Assembly: GCA_965149945.1 (NCBI GenBank)
Contig: CBCTTQ010000001.1
Span: 126,860 to 190,859 of the forward strand
DNA: 64,000 nucleotides
DNA from: an uncultured Peptococcaceae bacterium
GTDB taxonomy: Bacteria; Bacillota; Dehalobacteriia; UBA4068; UBA4997
Direction of reading: 5' to 3'
The translations under genes and the position numbers were made by a program. This document shows positions 48,767 to 59,763 of the stretch, in pieces (the stretch's first letter is position 1; every line of letters starts with the position of its first letter). The notes under the pieces are model-generated. The model was not told where the DNA came from. It worked only from the letters and a program-made list of their open reading frames with translations, and searched no databases.

Positions 48767-49564
48767 ATGGAGCAATTAAAATTTATCGGGACGGTACGCA
48801 GCGAGAAAACCCGCACCGGTCCCCATTATCCTTTCTATAGCTCAGCACAGCTGATTATCAAACGGGAATATTTGCCGGCGCTGAAAAATCTGGAATACAA
48901 TTCACATATTTGGGTGCTTTGCTGGTATGACCCGAAAAATAAGGAAGAGCTGCAGGTGAAGCCTCGTCGGGTAGATCATTCTTTGGGGTTATTCGGAACT
49001 TTGGCGCTGCGGACGCCCAATCATCCCAATCCCATCGGTCTCACTTTGGTGCGTCTTATCAAAGTGGAAGACAATGTGATTCATGTAGACAAGCTGGATG
49101 CTTTCGACGGTACCCCCGTCATTGACATCAAGCCTTACTATGAGCAGGATATCATCCTGTCGCCGCGGATGCCCGCCATTTATCACACAGATCCCAAACA
49201 GCGGGAAATTGCTCTGTTAGAACTGGCGATTAATTATCATCAGGATCAGTGTTTCGGTATGGCGCTGGCGGTGAAAATGATTTTGGCGGTGGAAGCGCGC
49301 GGAGTGGACATCCATGATGAGGAAACCTGTCTGGATGTGACTGGCGGCGCCTGCCTGGCGGACAATTTGCAGGGACTGTGTCGGGCGCGTCTTTCCAATC
49401 CTCCCCGTTTTCTGTTTTGTTTGAGCAAAGAGGTGCGGGTGGTCTGGAAGTTGCCGCGACGGATTTTGACCGTCACCCTGCGTCCCGGTATCCCCTCCAC
49501 CTTTGAAGGGGTGATGGCTTTCAGTCCTGACCGATTGTTTTGGATTGAGGAAAAGCCGCGGTAA
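48767..49564 (+). CDS. trmO: tRNA (N6-threonylcarbamoyladenosine(37)-N6)-methyltransferase TrmO (TsaA/YaeB family) with C-terminal extension
   Basis: RTPNHPNPIGLTLVRL...DGTPVIDIKPY is the TsaA-like domain signature. Confidence 0.7.
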   Translation: MEQLKFIGTVRSEKTRTGPHYPFYSSAQLIIKREYLPALKNLEYNSHIWVLCWYDPKNKEELQVKPRRVDHSLGLFGTLALRTPNHPNPIGLTLVRLIKVEDNVIHVDKLDAFDGTPVIDIKPYYEQDIILSPRMPAIYHTDPKQREIALLELAINYHQDQCFGMALAVKMILAVEARGVDIHDEETCLDVTGGACLADNLQGLCRARLSNPPRFLFCLSKEVRVVWKLPRRILTVTLRPGIPSTFEGVMAFSPDRLFWIEEKPR

Positions 49565-49791
49565 AACGCTGTCTGTTTCGAGCGAGGAAGCGCCGGGAGA
49601 GTGTTTTTCGACGGCTGTTGACAAAGGCTTTTTATTCTTTTCACGGATGACTCAACGAATGCGTTTTGGGTTCGCGTTGATCTGAGAAGTTTCTCCTTTT
49701 TCCCTTTTCTTTGGTGATGAAAGAGGAGAATCGAGCCGTATTCTGAAAACCAAACAGATGATTCAGTAGATAAAAGAGAACAAAAAAACCG

Positions 49792-49828
49792 AAAACGCCT
49801 CCTGCTTCGTAGGCGGCGTTTTTTTTAG
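49792..49828. terminator. Rho-independent terminator (bidirectional) after trmO
   Basis: aacgcctcct-gcttcgt-aggcggcgtt is followed by T8. Confidence 0.65.
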
Positions 49829-50003
49829 ATATTTTTGTGATAAATTGGAAAATCACGCTTCTGTCAAAAAATCAAACTTTAAGTCAAACTTTTGCCGGGA
49901 ATTTTGGTACAGCGCGGATTGGATTTTTTACGGTCGGGTAGTTTCGCTGTGATTTTTCGTAATGTCTGTCCACGGTTCCGTCTATTTGGATTTTGCATAA
50001 TTC

Positions 50004-50031
50004 AAAACCGCCCCGAAAACGGGGCGGTTTT
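50004..50031. terminator. bidirectional Rho-independent terminator downstream of the SLH surface-protein gene
   Basis: aaaaccgccccg-aaaa-cggggcggtttt. Confidence 0.8.
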
Positions 50032-50191
50032 GAGTTGTTCGGTTGCGTTTGCTTGATGTAACCATTATTTTTGCAGTGTTTTTGCCGTGCGGGAGGTTTT
50101 TTCTTCCTGTTCCTTTTTGGTTGATTTCCCGTTTTAGATACGGGTTTTCCCGAGGTGAAATGGGTTGCGGTTTTTCAGCCGCGGGATTTTG

Positions 50192-53100
50192 CTAAGCGTT
50201 TATTTCGCAGAAGCGCGTCAGCATGGCGGCTGCTTCGGCACGGGTAGCGGTTTCTTGGGGTTCCAGGGTGGTGGCGGAAGTTCCTTCCATCACATCGGTC
50301 GTCAGCGCCCATCGGAAAGCGGAAAGGGCGTAAGGGGAGATTTCGTCGGCGTCGGCGTATCCCCGCAAGGAGTCGGCGCTGTCCGTTATGTTGTCAAGAT
50401 CTTTGTACATCGCGTAACGGTACAAGATGGTTGCCAATTCTTCCCGGCTGATTTCCCCGTTGGGCAGGAAGGTATCGGCGCTGTAACCGGTGACGATGTT
50501 TTGTTCCGCGGCCCAGGTGACGGCGTTTTCATAATAAGAACCGTCTTCCACATCAGCAAAGGAATTGTTGCCTGTCACGGCGGGTTCTTCTTCCAGGCGG
50601 TAGAGAATGGTGACAATCATGGCGCGGCTGGTCGTGGCGTTGGGGCTGAAGGTATCGGCAGAGGTACCTTCCATAAGGCCGTTTTGATAAACATAGGTAA
50701 CAGCCTGCAGATACCAGGCATTTTCCGCTAAATCGGTGAAGGGCAGTGTCTGACTTTGGGGGGCAAAGGTGACTTGCACGGTGACACGGCTTTCCGGCAT
50801 GGTGAAGGTATAACGACCGTCGCCTGCCGCTGTGACAGGAACGGTTTCGCCGTCGGCGGTGGTGACGGTGACGTTGGTTACGCTGTAACCTTGGTCCGGA
50901 GTGGTCGTGATAAGTACCCGGCTGCCGGCGGCGGCGTTTTTGCTGACACTGTAATCACCGTCCGCGGCTTCTGTCATGGTGATAGTATATTTTTCAGGAG
51001 CGGGGCTACCGCCTTGGCTGCCGCCTTGAGAGTCTGCCACGATGCATTCATAGGCCGCCACAGTGCCGGAGACTTCACAAGCTGCCAAAAGCAGCGGTTT
51101 GGAATCCTGCATCAGGAAGCAGAGTCCCTCGGGGGAAACATCTTCCTGAACAGAGGCGCTGAAATCGCGGGTATTGATGTAGTTGACATAGGTGGCGTCG
51201 GCGGGATCGCTTACATCATAAACCATGACGCCGCTGATTCGTTCCAGCGCGATGAAAGCATACGTTTTGCCGTCGATGGTACCGATGGTTACGGTTTCCG
51301 GTTCGGGGCCTTTTTTGGCGCTGCGGCTGTCTTGCTCAATGTCATCATTGGAGCAGTTGAAATAATCGGGGAGATAGGAAGCGGTTTTCGCTTCAAACTC
51401 ATTGGCGCTTTCGTAAACCAGTTCCATGGTATCGGCATTGTAAATGCAGAAGGAGCGTCCGCCGAAGAGATAGTTTTTGCTGGCGTCGGGGACGGAAGTG
51501 CAGGTTTTGTCCAAAACTCGTACATCTTCCGCTTTGCTGATACCGTCGGTAGCAGTCAGGGTTTCTTTGGCTTCGTTGCTGTAGTCGCCCCATTCTCTGG
51601 AATCTCCTTCGTTAGCGGTTACCAGATAGGTGACGCCGCCCGCTTTGAAGACACTCAGTCCGTCGGGCATGTAAACACCCAGGGCGTCTTGGTAAGTGGC
51701 GGCTTGGTATTGGTTGTCTTCCAACAGGTCAACAGCGTTTTGGGCTTGGCTCAAATCTTTGAAGCCCATACTTTGGATCGAGGTGATGGTTTTTGTGGTC
51801 AGATCCACTGTGGCGATAGCATTGGCTTCTTGCAGCGATACATAGGCTTTGGCGCTGTCGGGGGCGACGGCGATATATTCCGGTTCCAGGTCACGAGCGG
51901 CGGAGTTCAGTTTCCCGTCCACTTTTCCGATGAGAACACCGTTTGCCGCCAGCGTTTCGGAATCAAAGCTGTCAAATCCGACGGTGCTGACACTTCCTGT
52001 CGTAGTATCCAGGATGGAAACAGAGCCGGCGGGGTCGGCGTTTCCTTTTTCGTAACCGTTACGGGGTTCGCCTTCATTGGCGGAGAGGGCATATTTACCG
52101 TCTGGGCTAAAGGTGACCATATCCGGCTGTACGCCTACTTCATAGATCCCTTTGACGGAGAAATCATAGTTTAATAACACGATTCGACCGGTGGCGTCAT
52201 AAGCTTCCGCCTGCAGAGCCACGGCGATGCTGTTATTGACGGTATCCACCGCGACGCTGGTCATATCGCCGTAAGTAAAGCTGTCCACAATGGCGCGCAT
52301 GTCTTTGCTGCCGGTTTTTTCGAGACCGTTTTCAGTCACGTCAAAGAGGTAGAGGAGACCGTCCTGGCCGTTGATGACATAAGCTTCTTGGGTGTCGGCG
52401 TTATAGGCGACGATTTCCGCTACTCCTCCGTCGGCGTTGGCGGCGCCGATATTGATGCTGTTCAGGCGTTCCATGGTTAACGCCGCGTCGCTTTCAAAAG
52501 TGTTATTGCGATAGATAGGAGTCGGTTCCGGTTCTGGTTCTTCACCGATGCCGTGGGGTCCGTTTTCCTCGGACACGGTTTTACTGTAATCGATATCCGC
52601 GCTGTCGTTGGCGTTGTTGTCAGTATCGGTAAAGTTGGTTCTGCGGATAGCTTTCTTTTTGGATTGCAGGTCGCTGTAGCCGCCTTCGTAGACAGGAGGC
52701 GTTTGCGTTTCTTCTCCGTCATTGCCCCGTACCGCCAACAGATCTACATAACCGTCGGGGCGGTTGATGTCTGTAACAGCGCCTTGGAAATCATCGGTCA
52801 GCGTGACATCTTTGCTGAAGAGGGCGACGGATACGCCTTTGTTATGCAGTTGTATATCCCATTCCTGATTGCCTGCGGGGACTTGATAGTCGCTGCCGGT
52901 GGTAGCGCCGCAGCGAATCAGGTAGTAGCCTTTGGCGGGGATGGCGCCGGTGAGGGTCAGTTCATTCCATGTTTGGTGGCTGCCGTCTTCGCTGGAACGA
53001 TACTGTAATTCCCAGCCGTTCAAGTCGACCGTTTCATCGCAGGGGTTGTATAATTCGATAAAGCTGTGGTCGGCATTGCCGTCGTTGCTGCCGCCGTATA

Positions 53101-53272
53101 CTTGGTTTATCAAAATATGGGGTGTGTTGATGTCGTATTCTCCTTCGGCATTGTAAGGAGTTCCTGTTTGCGGAGTCGCGCCCAATGCCATGCCGGGCAA
53201 CATGGTGACCAGCAGAGCGCACATCAACAAGGACGCCGTCCATTTTCGCATCCGTTTGTTTTGTGTAATCAT
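50192..53272 (-). CDS. cell-surface protein with N-terminal lamin-tail domain (LTD), central choice-of-anchor-I / beta-propeller-like domain and three C-terminal SLH domains
   Basis: The signal peptide is MRKWTASLLMCALLVTMLPGMALGA. The LTD carries ILINQVYGGS...FIELYNP, and the central region has SPDGKYALSANEG-type repeats. The C-terminus has three SLH repeats (FTDL...AWYLQAVTYVYQNGLMEGTS, FADV...YYENAVTWAAEQNIVTGYS, YADA...YALSAFRWALTTDVMEGTS). The start at 53272 has an RBS AAGGAG. The ORF-track start at 53419 has none. Confidence 0.8.
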   Translation of the reverse strand: MITQNKRMRKWTASLLMCALLVTMLPGMALGATPQTGTPYNAEGEYDINTPHILINQVYGGSNDGNADHSFIELYNPCDETVDLNGWELQYRSSEDGSHQTWNELTLTGAIPAKGYYLIRCGATTGSDYQVPAGNQEWDIQLHNKGVSVALFSKDVTLTDDFQGAVTDINRPDGYVDLLAVRGNDGEETQTPPVYEGGYSDLQSKKKAIRRTNFTDTDNNANDSADIDYSKTVSEENGPHGIGEEPEPEPTPIYRNNTFESDAALTMERLNSINIGAANADGGVAEIVAYNADTQEAYVINGQDGLLYLFDVTENGLEKTGSKDMRAIVDSFTYGDMTSVAVDTVNNSIAVALQAEAYDATGRIVLLNYDFSVKGIYEVGVQPDMVTFSPDGKYALSANEGEPRNGYEKGNADPAGSVSILDTTTGSVSTVGFDSFDSETLAANGVLIGKVDGKLNSAARDLEPEYIAVAPDSAKAYVSLQEANAIATVDLTTKTITSIQSMGFKDLSQAQNAVDLLEDNQYQAATYQDALGVYMPDGLSVFKAGGVTYLVTANEGDSREWGDYSNEAKETLTATDGISKAEDVRVLDKTCTSVPDASKNYLFGGRSFCIYNADTMELVYESANEFEAKTASYLPDYFNCSNDDIEQDSRSAKKGPEPETVTIGTIDGKTYAFIALERISGVMVYDVSDPADATYVNYINTRDFSASVQEDVSPEGLCFLMQDSKPLLLAACEVSGTVAAYECIVADSQGGSQGGSPAPEKYTITMTEAADGDYSVSKNAAAGSRVLITTTPDQGYSVTNVTVTTADGETVPVTAAGDGRYTFTMPESRVTVQVTFAPQSQTLPFTDLAENAWYLQAVTYVYQNGLMEGTSADTFSPNATTSRAMIVTILYRLEEEPAVTGNNSFADVEDGSYYENAVTWAAEQNIVTGYSADTFLPNGEISREELATILYRYAMYKDLDNITDSADSLRGYADADEISPYALSAFRWALTTDVMEGTSATTLEPQETATRAEAAAMLTRFCEINA

Positions 53273-53829
53273 CCTTTTTCGTCTCCTTTTTTCATGATTT
53301 TTCTTTTTTCTTCCGAGGGGCAAAGAAACAGGCATGTTCCTTTCCTCCGTGGAGCAAAGAAAACACGCCCGATAATTTGCGCTCAGGGTTTTTGTAAGGC
53401 AAAACAGTCGGAACAGCACTGTAGTTGCTGACTTGCTTCAGTATGTCCCTTTTCATCTTGCGTATCGACCCTCCTTTTCTGGAATCGGCAAAGGCGGCAG
53501 CGGTCTGCCGCCGTTCCTCTTTTATCATAGCATTTGGTGATGGACGGGACTACCATAAACAGGTATAATTTAAATAAAATGTATATGAAGAAAACAGGGA
53601 TTTCTCGAAAAAAAGAAAAGAAAACGACGCTGTCCGAGGAGCATGGAGAAAAGAAAAAAGAGACGGAAAGACGAGAAAAAAGATAGGTTTTCTCCTGCCG
53701 CGCGGAGAAAACAGCAATATCCCTCCAAAACATTTCAGAACGGCGTAAAAACAGAAAAATCGCGCCGAAAAGACAACCCTTGAAGGTAAAATCCCTAAAG
53801 AGTCAGGTAAAATGCAGGCAAAAAAAAAG

Positions 53830-53880
53830 AAAAAAACAGGGAAAATCCGACGCCGCGCCGGGAAATCGTCCCTGTTTTTA
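53830..53880. terminator. bidirectional terminator between the SDR gene and the surface-protein upstream region
   Basis: acaggga-N26-tccctgt is flanked by an A run and a T run. Confidence 0.5.
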
Positions 53881-53894
53881 TAAATAAATTGTGT

Positions 53895-54662
53895 TCAGGC
53901 GGTTATAAAGCCGCCGTTTACAGGCAAAATCTGTCCGGTGATGAAATCGGCGTCCGCCCCCGCCAAAAAGAACACCGCCGCCGCTACTTCTTCCGGCTGA
54001 CCGATACGCCCCAGCGGAGTTTCCGCTGCCAGCGCCGCCAGCTCCCGAGGGGAAAGATGGGCGTTAATGTCGGTGGCGATAACGCCGGGGGAGACGGCAT
54101 TAACAGTGATTCCGGAAGGAGCGACTTCCAGCGCCAATCCTTTGGTAAAGGCGTCCAGGGCGCCTTTGCTGGCGGCATAAGCTACTTCGCAGGAGGCTCC
54201 CGCCTGCCCCCACATGGAGGAGATGTTGATGATTTTGCCCCGTTTTCGCTGAATCATCTGGGGTAACACTAAGCGGCAAGCGGTAAAAACCGCTTTTACG
54301 TTGACAGCGAATAACTGGTCCCATTCTGTCTCGCTCATATCGGTGAGCAACCCATTCCAGCCGATGCCGGCATTGTTGATTAAAATGTCAATTTTGCCGA
54401 ATCGGTGGGTTGCTTGTTGTATCAATTGTTCAATGTCCGCCGTTTGGCGCAGATCCGCTCGACATAGTAACAGATGTTCTGCCGGGACCCCTTCCTCTTT
54501 CAGCTGCCGAACCAATGCTTCTGCTTGGGGGCGGCTTTGATGGTAGTGGAGAACCACCCGATCGCCGTGGGCGGCAAATCGCGCGGCGACGGCGCGGCCG
54601 ATTCCGCGACCGGCTCCTGTTACCAGCACAGTGCGAGATTCCGAAGCGGAGTGTTGTTCCAT
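53895..54662 (-). CDS. SDR-family oxidoreductase (FabG-like 3-oxoacyl-ACP reductase family)
   Basis: TGAGRGIG is a Rossmann motif and YAASK is the catalytic YxxxK. The protein is 255 aa. Confidence 0.85.
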   Translation of the reverse strand: MEQHSASESRTVLVTGAGRGIGRAVAARFAAHGDRVVLHYHQSRPQAEALVRQLKEEGVPAEHLLLCRADLRQTADIEQLIQQATHRFGKIDILINNAGIGWNGLLTDMSETEWDQLFAVNVKAVFTACRLVLPQMIQRKRGKIINISSMWGQAGASCEVAYAASKGALDAFTKGLALEVAPSGITVNAVSPGVIATDINAHLSPRELAALAAETPLGRIGQPEEVAAAVFFLAGADADFITGQILPVNGGFITA

Positions 54663-54749
54663 GATTGTTTCCTTCTTTCCCCAAAGATTTTAATCTGTAA
54701 CAGAGCGCCGAAGAAACCGTGCAAAACGACGGTGTCACGAAAAGAGGCG

Positions 54750-55522
54750 TTACTTTCTTCGTTTTTTGCCGACGGTGGGATAGGAGGTGATGGGGTGCAG
54801 ACGGTCAAACAGCAGGCAGAGAATCCCTGCCGCGATGCCCGCGACACTGATTACCATGGCCATTTTCAAGTCTCCCAGCATCAAACTGTCGGTGCGGAAC
54901 CATTCGATCCAAAACCGTCCCAGGGAATAGCCGATGAAATAAAGGGCCATAATATCCCCATGTTTTCGATTTTTCCATTTGTTCCACAGCACCATCAGCA
55001 GGATGAATACAGCTAAATCCCAGAGACTTTCGTACAAGAAAGTGGGGTGGCGGTAGGCGCCGTCGATGTAAATGGCCCAGGGTAGATCGGTAACGCTGCC
55101 GTAGGCTTCTTGGTTGAAAAAATTACCCCAACGGCCGATGGCTTGTGCCAGCACGACACCCGGCAAAATGATGTCTGCCATAACGCGAAAAGGCATTTTT
55201 TTGACGAGACAGTAAAGGAACATGGCCAGCATGCCGCCCAGTAAACCGCCGTGGATGGCGAGACCGCCGTGCCAGACGGCGATAATTTCCGACGGATTGG
55301 CGGAATAATAGCCCCAGTTGAAGATCACATAATACAAGCGGGCGCCGATCAGTCCGCAGGGTAAAATCAAAAGGATAATGTTCATCAGATGGTCGGTGTC
55401 CACACGGCTTTTCTTGCAGTTACGGACGGCGATGAGAATGGCGATGAGAATACCGCAAACAATCAACAGTCCGTACCAACGCACCGACAGACCGCCGATT
55501 TCAAACGCAACGGGGTTAATCA
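54750..55522 (-). CDS. lgt: prolipoprotein diacylglyceryl transferase (TTG start)
   Basis: The Lgt signature GRWGNFFNQEAYG is present, and the N-terminus (M)INPVAFEIGGLSVRWYG follows a strong RBS AAAGGAGGGG 6 nt before TTG 55522. The ORF-track extension to 55709 adds ~60 non-homologous residues with no RBS. Confidence 0.8.
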
Positions 55523-55648
55523 AAATAGTCCCCTCCTTTAAAAATTTTATTGATAACTTTTCTTGATAATAGTATAATAGAAACGGAGCCCTTCCCCGCG
55601 TGGCGGAAAGGGTCGTCCTTTTAAGTATATATTGCATTATATCATATT

Positions 55649-55688
55649 TGTGATGGAGGTACAATATTTGTGATGGAGGTACAATCAT
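55649..55688. repeat. perfect 2 x 20-bp tandem duplication (atttgtgatggaggtacaat) containing the Shine-Dalgarno of the DUF2156 gene
   Basis: Direct sequence observation. The duplication creates two 6-8 codon uORFs. Confidence 0.85.
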
Positions 55689-56607
55689 GTTTACATTGAA
55701 AGAGGTCATGCCGGAAGATAAAACATTGCTCCAAAGCTATTTGCGGCAAATCCCGCCGTATTTGACGGAGCATTCTTTTACGACCCTGCTGGCATGGCAG
55801 AAATCTTTTCAGTTTCTTTTCGGGCAGTGGGAAGATTTTTTGCTGATCCGTAATACCCACCGCGGTGTTACTTCCTTTTTCCCGCCTTTTCCCCGCGCGG
55901 GGCGAGCTTCGAAAGAATCGTATCGGGCCGCTTTGGAGGAAATTTTAGCGTATTGTCGCGAAGAAGGCCTGCCTTGTGTCCTTTCTGAGGTGGGAGAACG
56001 GGAACTTCCCCTGATCGAAGCGGCGATGCCGGGGGCGTTTGCTGTGCGCAAAGACCGCAACAACGCCAATTATATCTATCGGGTGGAAGATTTGATTCGC
56101 TTGGAGGGGAAAAAATATCACAGCAAGCGCAATCATCTGAACAGTTTCAAACGCAACTATCCCTTTTACGAATATCGAGCCTTGACGCCGGATTTGATTC
56201 CCGCCTGTCGGGAAAGCATGGAACGCTGGGAATGGGATAATCCGGCCACAGACCGGAAAACCGTCAAAGAGGAAGCCGAGGCGATGGAAGTGCTGTTTGG
56301 GCGCATGGAAGAGTTGGGTTTGAAGGGCGCCTGTATTTTATTGGGCGACAAAGTAGAAGCTTTCACTATCGGGGAAGCTATGAGCGAGGAAATGGTGTCC
56401 ATCATTATCGAAAAAGCCAATACCTCCTGCAAAGGCAGCTATGCCGCCATCAATCAGATGTTTTTAGCGGCGGAGTGGCGGGAGTATCCTTATGTTAATC
56501 GGGCGGAGGATATGGGGCTGGCCAATCTGCGCCGCGCCAAAATGGATTATCAACCTTGCTGGCTGGCGATGAAATATATCTTGGAATATCGTAACGGAAC
56601 GCACTGA
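55687..56607 (+). CDS. DUF2156 domain protein (MprF C-terminal lysyl-transferase-like fold)
   Basis: A ~300-aa protein with KKYHSKRNHLNSFKRN, a basic motif characteristic of the DUF2156/LPG-synthase C-terminal family. An RBS GGAGG lies 6 nt upstream. Confidence 0.65.
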   Translation: MFTLKEVMPEDKTLLQSYLRQIPPYLTEHSFTTLLAWQKSFQFLFGQWEDFLLIRNTHRGVTSFFPPFPRAGRASKESYRAALEEILAYCREEGLPCVLSEVGERELPLIEAAMPGAFAVRKDRNNANYIYRVEDLIRLEGKKYHSKRNHLNSFKRNYPFYEYRALTPDLIPACRESMERWEWDNPATDRKTVKEEAEAMEVLFGRMEELGLKGACILLGDKVEAFTIGEAMSEEMVSIIIEKANTSCKGSYAAINQMFLAAEWREYPYVNRAEDMGLANLRRAKMDYQPCWLAMKYILEYRNGTH

Positions 56608-56984
56608 TTTGCTTGTTGGGGTGAGACGGATGGCCTTGTTTAAACTTAGTTTATAAAGACCCCTTACAATAAAAACTGTTCGGGAGATTTTCGCGGAACT
56701 GATATAAAATAGGACGGCCTCCTGTCCTTCCGAGAAAATCAAAGATAGAAAAGATAAAACAAAAAACAGAGATCTGAAAAAAGAAAAGTTGGCACATGAA
56801 TGCGCTTGAAAACAATCAAACGATGATTTGCGGGATATGTGATAGGTATAGCGGCCTGCTTACGGCAGAGACGATAGAGATAGATTTACAAGATAGCCGC
56901 GAATTCTCCCGGAGAATAAAGAAAATCCACCGGTCTTCGACCGGTGTGTTCCTATTATAAAAACAAAAAAAGCGAGGGAAAACA

Positions 56985-58721
56985 ATGAGCAAAGTGATTG
57001 GGATTGACCTGGGTACCAAAAATTCCTGTGTATCGGTGATGGAGGGGGGATCTCCTGTCATTATTCCTTCCGAAACAGGCAGCCGTACCACGCCTTCTGT
57101 GGTGGCCTTTACGACGACGGGAGAACGCCTGGTCGGAGAAGCCGCCAAACGGCAGGCGGTAACCAACGCCGACCGCACCATTTCTTCTATCAAAAGGGAA
57201 ATGGGCAGTGATTATCGGGTGCGGATTGACGGACACGCTTACTCGCCCCAGGAAATCTCAGCCATGATTTTGCAAAAGGTGAAAAAAGACGCCGAAGAAT
57301 ACCTGGGCGAAACGGTGACTGACGCGGTGATTACGGTGCCGGCATATTTCACGGACGCCCAGCGCCAAGCCACCAAAGACGCCGGCAAGATTGCCGGTTT
57401 GAATGTACAGCGCATTATCAACGAGCCGACGGCGGCGGCGCTGGCCTACGGCGTGGACAAAGAAGATTCCCAAAAAGTGATGGTCTATGACTTAGGCGGC
57501 GGTACCTTTGATGTGTCTATTTTGGATATCAACAGCGGTATTATCGAGGTGATGGCTACTGCCGGCAATAATCGCTTAGGAGGCGATGATTTTGACCAGG
57601 TGGTGATGGATTATTTGATCGCGGAATTTAAAAAGACCAATCATTGCGACATTACCAAAGATCTGACTGCTCTCTCTCGCCTGCGGGAAGCAGTGGAAAA
57701 AGCCAAAATCGAACTGTCCGGTATTAATGAAACCCACATCAGCCTGCCCTTTTTGATGCAGCATAAAGGAGCGCCGGTGCATATGGATATTGCTCTTACC
57801 AGGGCTAAATTTGACGCTTTGACCGCCCATTTGGTGGATGCCACCATGGGACCGGTGCGGCAAGCTATTACGGATGCGGGTATCGCGGTGAGTGATATTG
57901 CTAAGGTGCTGCTGGTGGGCGGGTCTACGCGGATTCCCGCCGTGCAGCAGGCAGTGCGGAAATTTGTGGGCAAAGAGCCTTTTAAAGGAATCAATCCCGA
58001 TGAATGCGTGGCTATGGGCGCGGCGCTGCAGGCGGGCGTTTTGCTGGGCGAAGTGAAGGGACTGGTATTGTTGGATGTGACGCCTCTTTCTTTGGGTATT
58101 GAGACCATGGGCGGGGTGTTTTCCAAAATCATTGACCGTAACTCCACCATTCCCATCAAAAAGAGCCAGATTTATACTACGGCCGCCAGTTTCCAGACGG
58201 CGGTGGAAGTCCATGTGTTGCAGGGCGAACGGGAAATGGCAAAATACAATAAATCTTTGGGGCGTTTTCGTCTCAAAGGCATTCGCCGCGCCATGCGGGG
58301 AGTGCCGCAGATTGAGGTAACTTTTGAGATCGACGCCAACGGCATTGTCCATGTGACCGCCAAAGATTTGGGTACCGGCAAACAGCAGGATATCACCATT
58401 ACCGCTTCTTCCAATCTTTCTCAGTGGGAGATTGACGACGCCATCAAATACGCGCAGATGTACGAGCAGGAAGACCGCAAAAAGAAAGAAGAGGCTACTG
58501 CCAAAAATGACGCTGAAGTGCAGGTTTATCGGGCGGCTTCTTTGAGTAAAAAATTGGAAAAAGGGGATAAAACGCTGGTAGCGGACGCTGTCAAACGAGT
58601 AAAAAAGAATATGCGCAATAAAGACAAAAGTCAATTGGTCAGCGCCACGCGCGATTTGAAAAATTTGCTGGACAGCTTGGAAGGTCGCTATGGTTTTGCC
58701 GATTCTCAAAACGAAAAATAG
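56985..58721 (+). CDS. Hsp70-family chaperone, short non-canonical paralog (578 aa, no C-terminal lid extension or EEVD-type tail)
   Basis: [24 protein letters not shown] and a complete NBD plus SBD-beta are present, with a truncated helical lid. An RBS GAGGGAAAA lies upstream. Confidence 0.85.
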   Translation: MSKVIGIDLGTKNSCVSVMEGGSPVIIPSETGSRTTPSVVAFTTTGERLVGEAAKRQAVTNADRTISSIKREMGSDYRVRIDGHAYSPQEISAMILQKVKKDAEEYLGETVTDAVITVPAYFTDAQRQATKDAGKIAGLNVQRIINEPTAAALAYGVDKEDSQKVMVYDLGGGTFDVSILDINSGIIEVMATAGNNRLGGDDFDQVVMDYLIAEFKKTNHCDITKDLTALSRLREAVEKAKIELSGINETHISLPFLMQHKGAPVHMDIALTRAKFDALTAHLVDATMGPVRQAITDAGIAVSDIAKVLLVGGSTRIPAVQQAVRKFVGKEPFKGINPDECVAMGAALQAGVLLGEVKGLVLLDVTPLSLGIETMGGVFSKIIDRNSTIPIKKSQIYTTAASFQTAVEVHVLQGEREMAKYNKSLGRFRLKGIRRAMRGVPQIEVTFEIDANGIVHVTAKDLGTGKQQDITITASSNLSQWEIDDAIKYAQMYEQEDRKKKEEATAKNDAEVQVYRAASLSKKLEKGDKTLVADAVKRVKKNMRNKDKSQLVSATRDLKNLLDSLEGRYGFADSQNEK

Positions 58722-58851
58722 AAAAACAGAGTGGGAGCAAAGGAGAAAATCAAAAAAAACGCAGTTCGGAACAGGGAAAACTCTTGTGTTCGGAGCGGCT
58801 TTCTGATACAATAAAAGGCGCGGTTCATCGGTGGCGAAAGGGGATAGGCGG

Positions 58852-59763
58852 ATGTTTGGTTATGTAATGGCGAACCAGAGCAGTTTGTCGGAAGAAGCCA
58901 AAGAGCGTTATCGTGCCGCCTATTGCGGACTTTGCCACACTTTGGGCAGAACGCACGGCTCCTTAAGCCGTCTGACTTTGAATTATGATTTGACTTTTTT
59001 GGCAATTTTTTTGGCGGCATTGGATGAAGAAGACGTTCGCTCTTTTTGGGGGAGGTGCGGTCTGCACCCGCTGAAAAAACGAAAATATCTCTCTTGTCCG
59101 GCGCTGGATTACGCGGCGGATATGAACATCGCTCTTTCGTATTATAATTTACTGGATAATTGGCGGGATGACCACAGTTATGTTTCCCGGGCGGAAGCCG
59201 CCCTTTTGCGGCGGGAATGTCGTCGGGTGGAAGAGGCTTATCCCCGCCAGTGCGGCGCCATTCAAGAGTCTTTGCGGCGATTAGCGGAAATGGAAAAAAA
59301 CAATGAGCTGAATCCCGATTTGCCGGCGTCTTGTTTCGGTCGTTTGATGGCGGAAATTTTTGTACGGCAAGAAGACGAACGGGCGCAGACGCTGCGGCGG
59401 TTCGGCTTTTTCCTCGGCAAATATATCTATCTGTTGGACGCGGTATTGGATTTAAAAAAAGACATTAAGCAGGAAAAATACAATCCGCTGATTGCGTATC
59501 CTTCCGACGGGTTTCGAGACAGTCTTTGCTTGTTGATGAATGATTGTACCTTGGCTTTTCAGGAGTTTCCCCATTTGCGGCAGGATGAACTGCTGCGCAA
59601 TATTTTGTATTCCGGGGTGTGGCTGCGTTTTGATTTACGTCAGGCACAGGAAGAACAAAAACAGCGGAAACGACAGGAAAAAGCCGAAAAGAAAACCGCG
59701 CGCCATCCAAAGACGCCGCGGAATACCAAGAACGAAAAGGAAAAAAGGGAAACGATTGAATGA
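58852..59763 (+). CDS. conserved hypothetical protein (~300 aa, CGLCH motif) between the Hsp70 gene and the J-domain gene
   Basis: The ORF is translationally coupled (ATGA) to the next gene. It has a Lys/Arg-rich C-terminal tail. Possibly the DUF5685 family. Confidence 0.6.
   Translation: MFGYVMANQSSLSEEAKERYRAAYCGLCHTLGRTHGSLSRLTLNYDLTFLAIFLAALDEEDVRSFWGRCGLHPLKKRKYLSCPALDYAADMNIALSYYNLLDNWRDDHSYVSRAEAALLRRECRRVEEAYPRQCGAIQESLRRLAEMEKNNELNPDLPASCFGRLMAEIFVRQEDERAQTLRRFGFFLGKYIYLLDAVLDLKKDIKQEKYNPLIAYPSDGFRDSLCLLMNDCTLAFQEFPHLRQDELLRNILYSGVWLRFDLRQAQEEQKQRKRQEKAEKKTARHPKTPRNTKNEKEKRETIE

Noticed and set aside
45698-48775. 1025-aa minus-strand ORF antisense to ileS
   Set aside because: Same reason. 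ileS has HIGH/KMSKS motifs and the T-box leader. The antisense frame is low-complexity.
50756-52174. 472-aa plus-strand ORF inside the SLH surface-protein gene
   Set aside because: Gly/Asp/Val-rich antisense frame of a Thr/Gly/Asp-rich surface protein. No RBS.
56780-56815. sigma-54-like TGGCAC-N5-TGCGC upstream of the Hsp70 gene
   Set aside because: GG-to-GC spacing is one nt short of the -24/-12 consensus and the -12 element is TGCGC, not TTGCW. No CIRCE or CtsR box was seen either. Left as unassigned.
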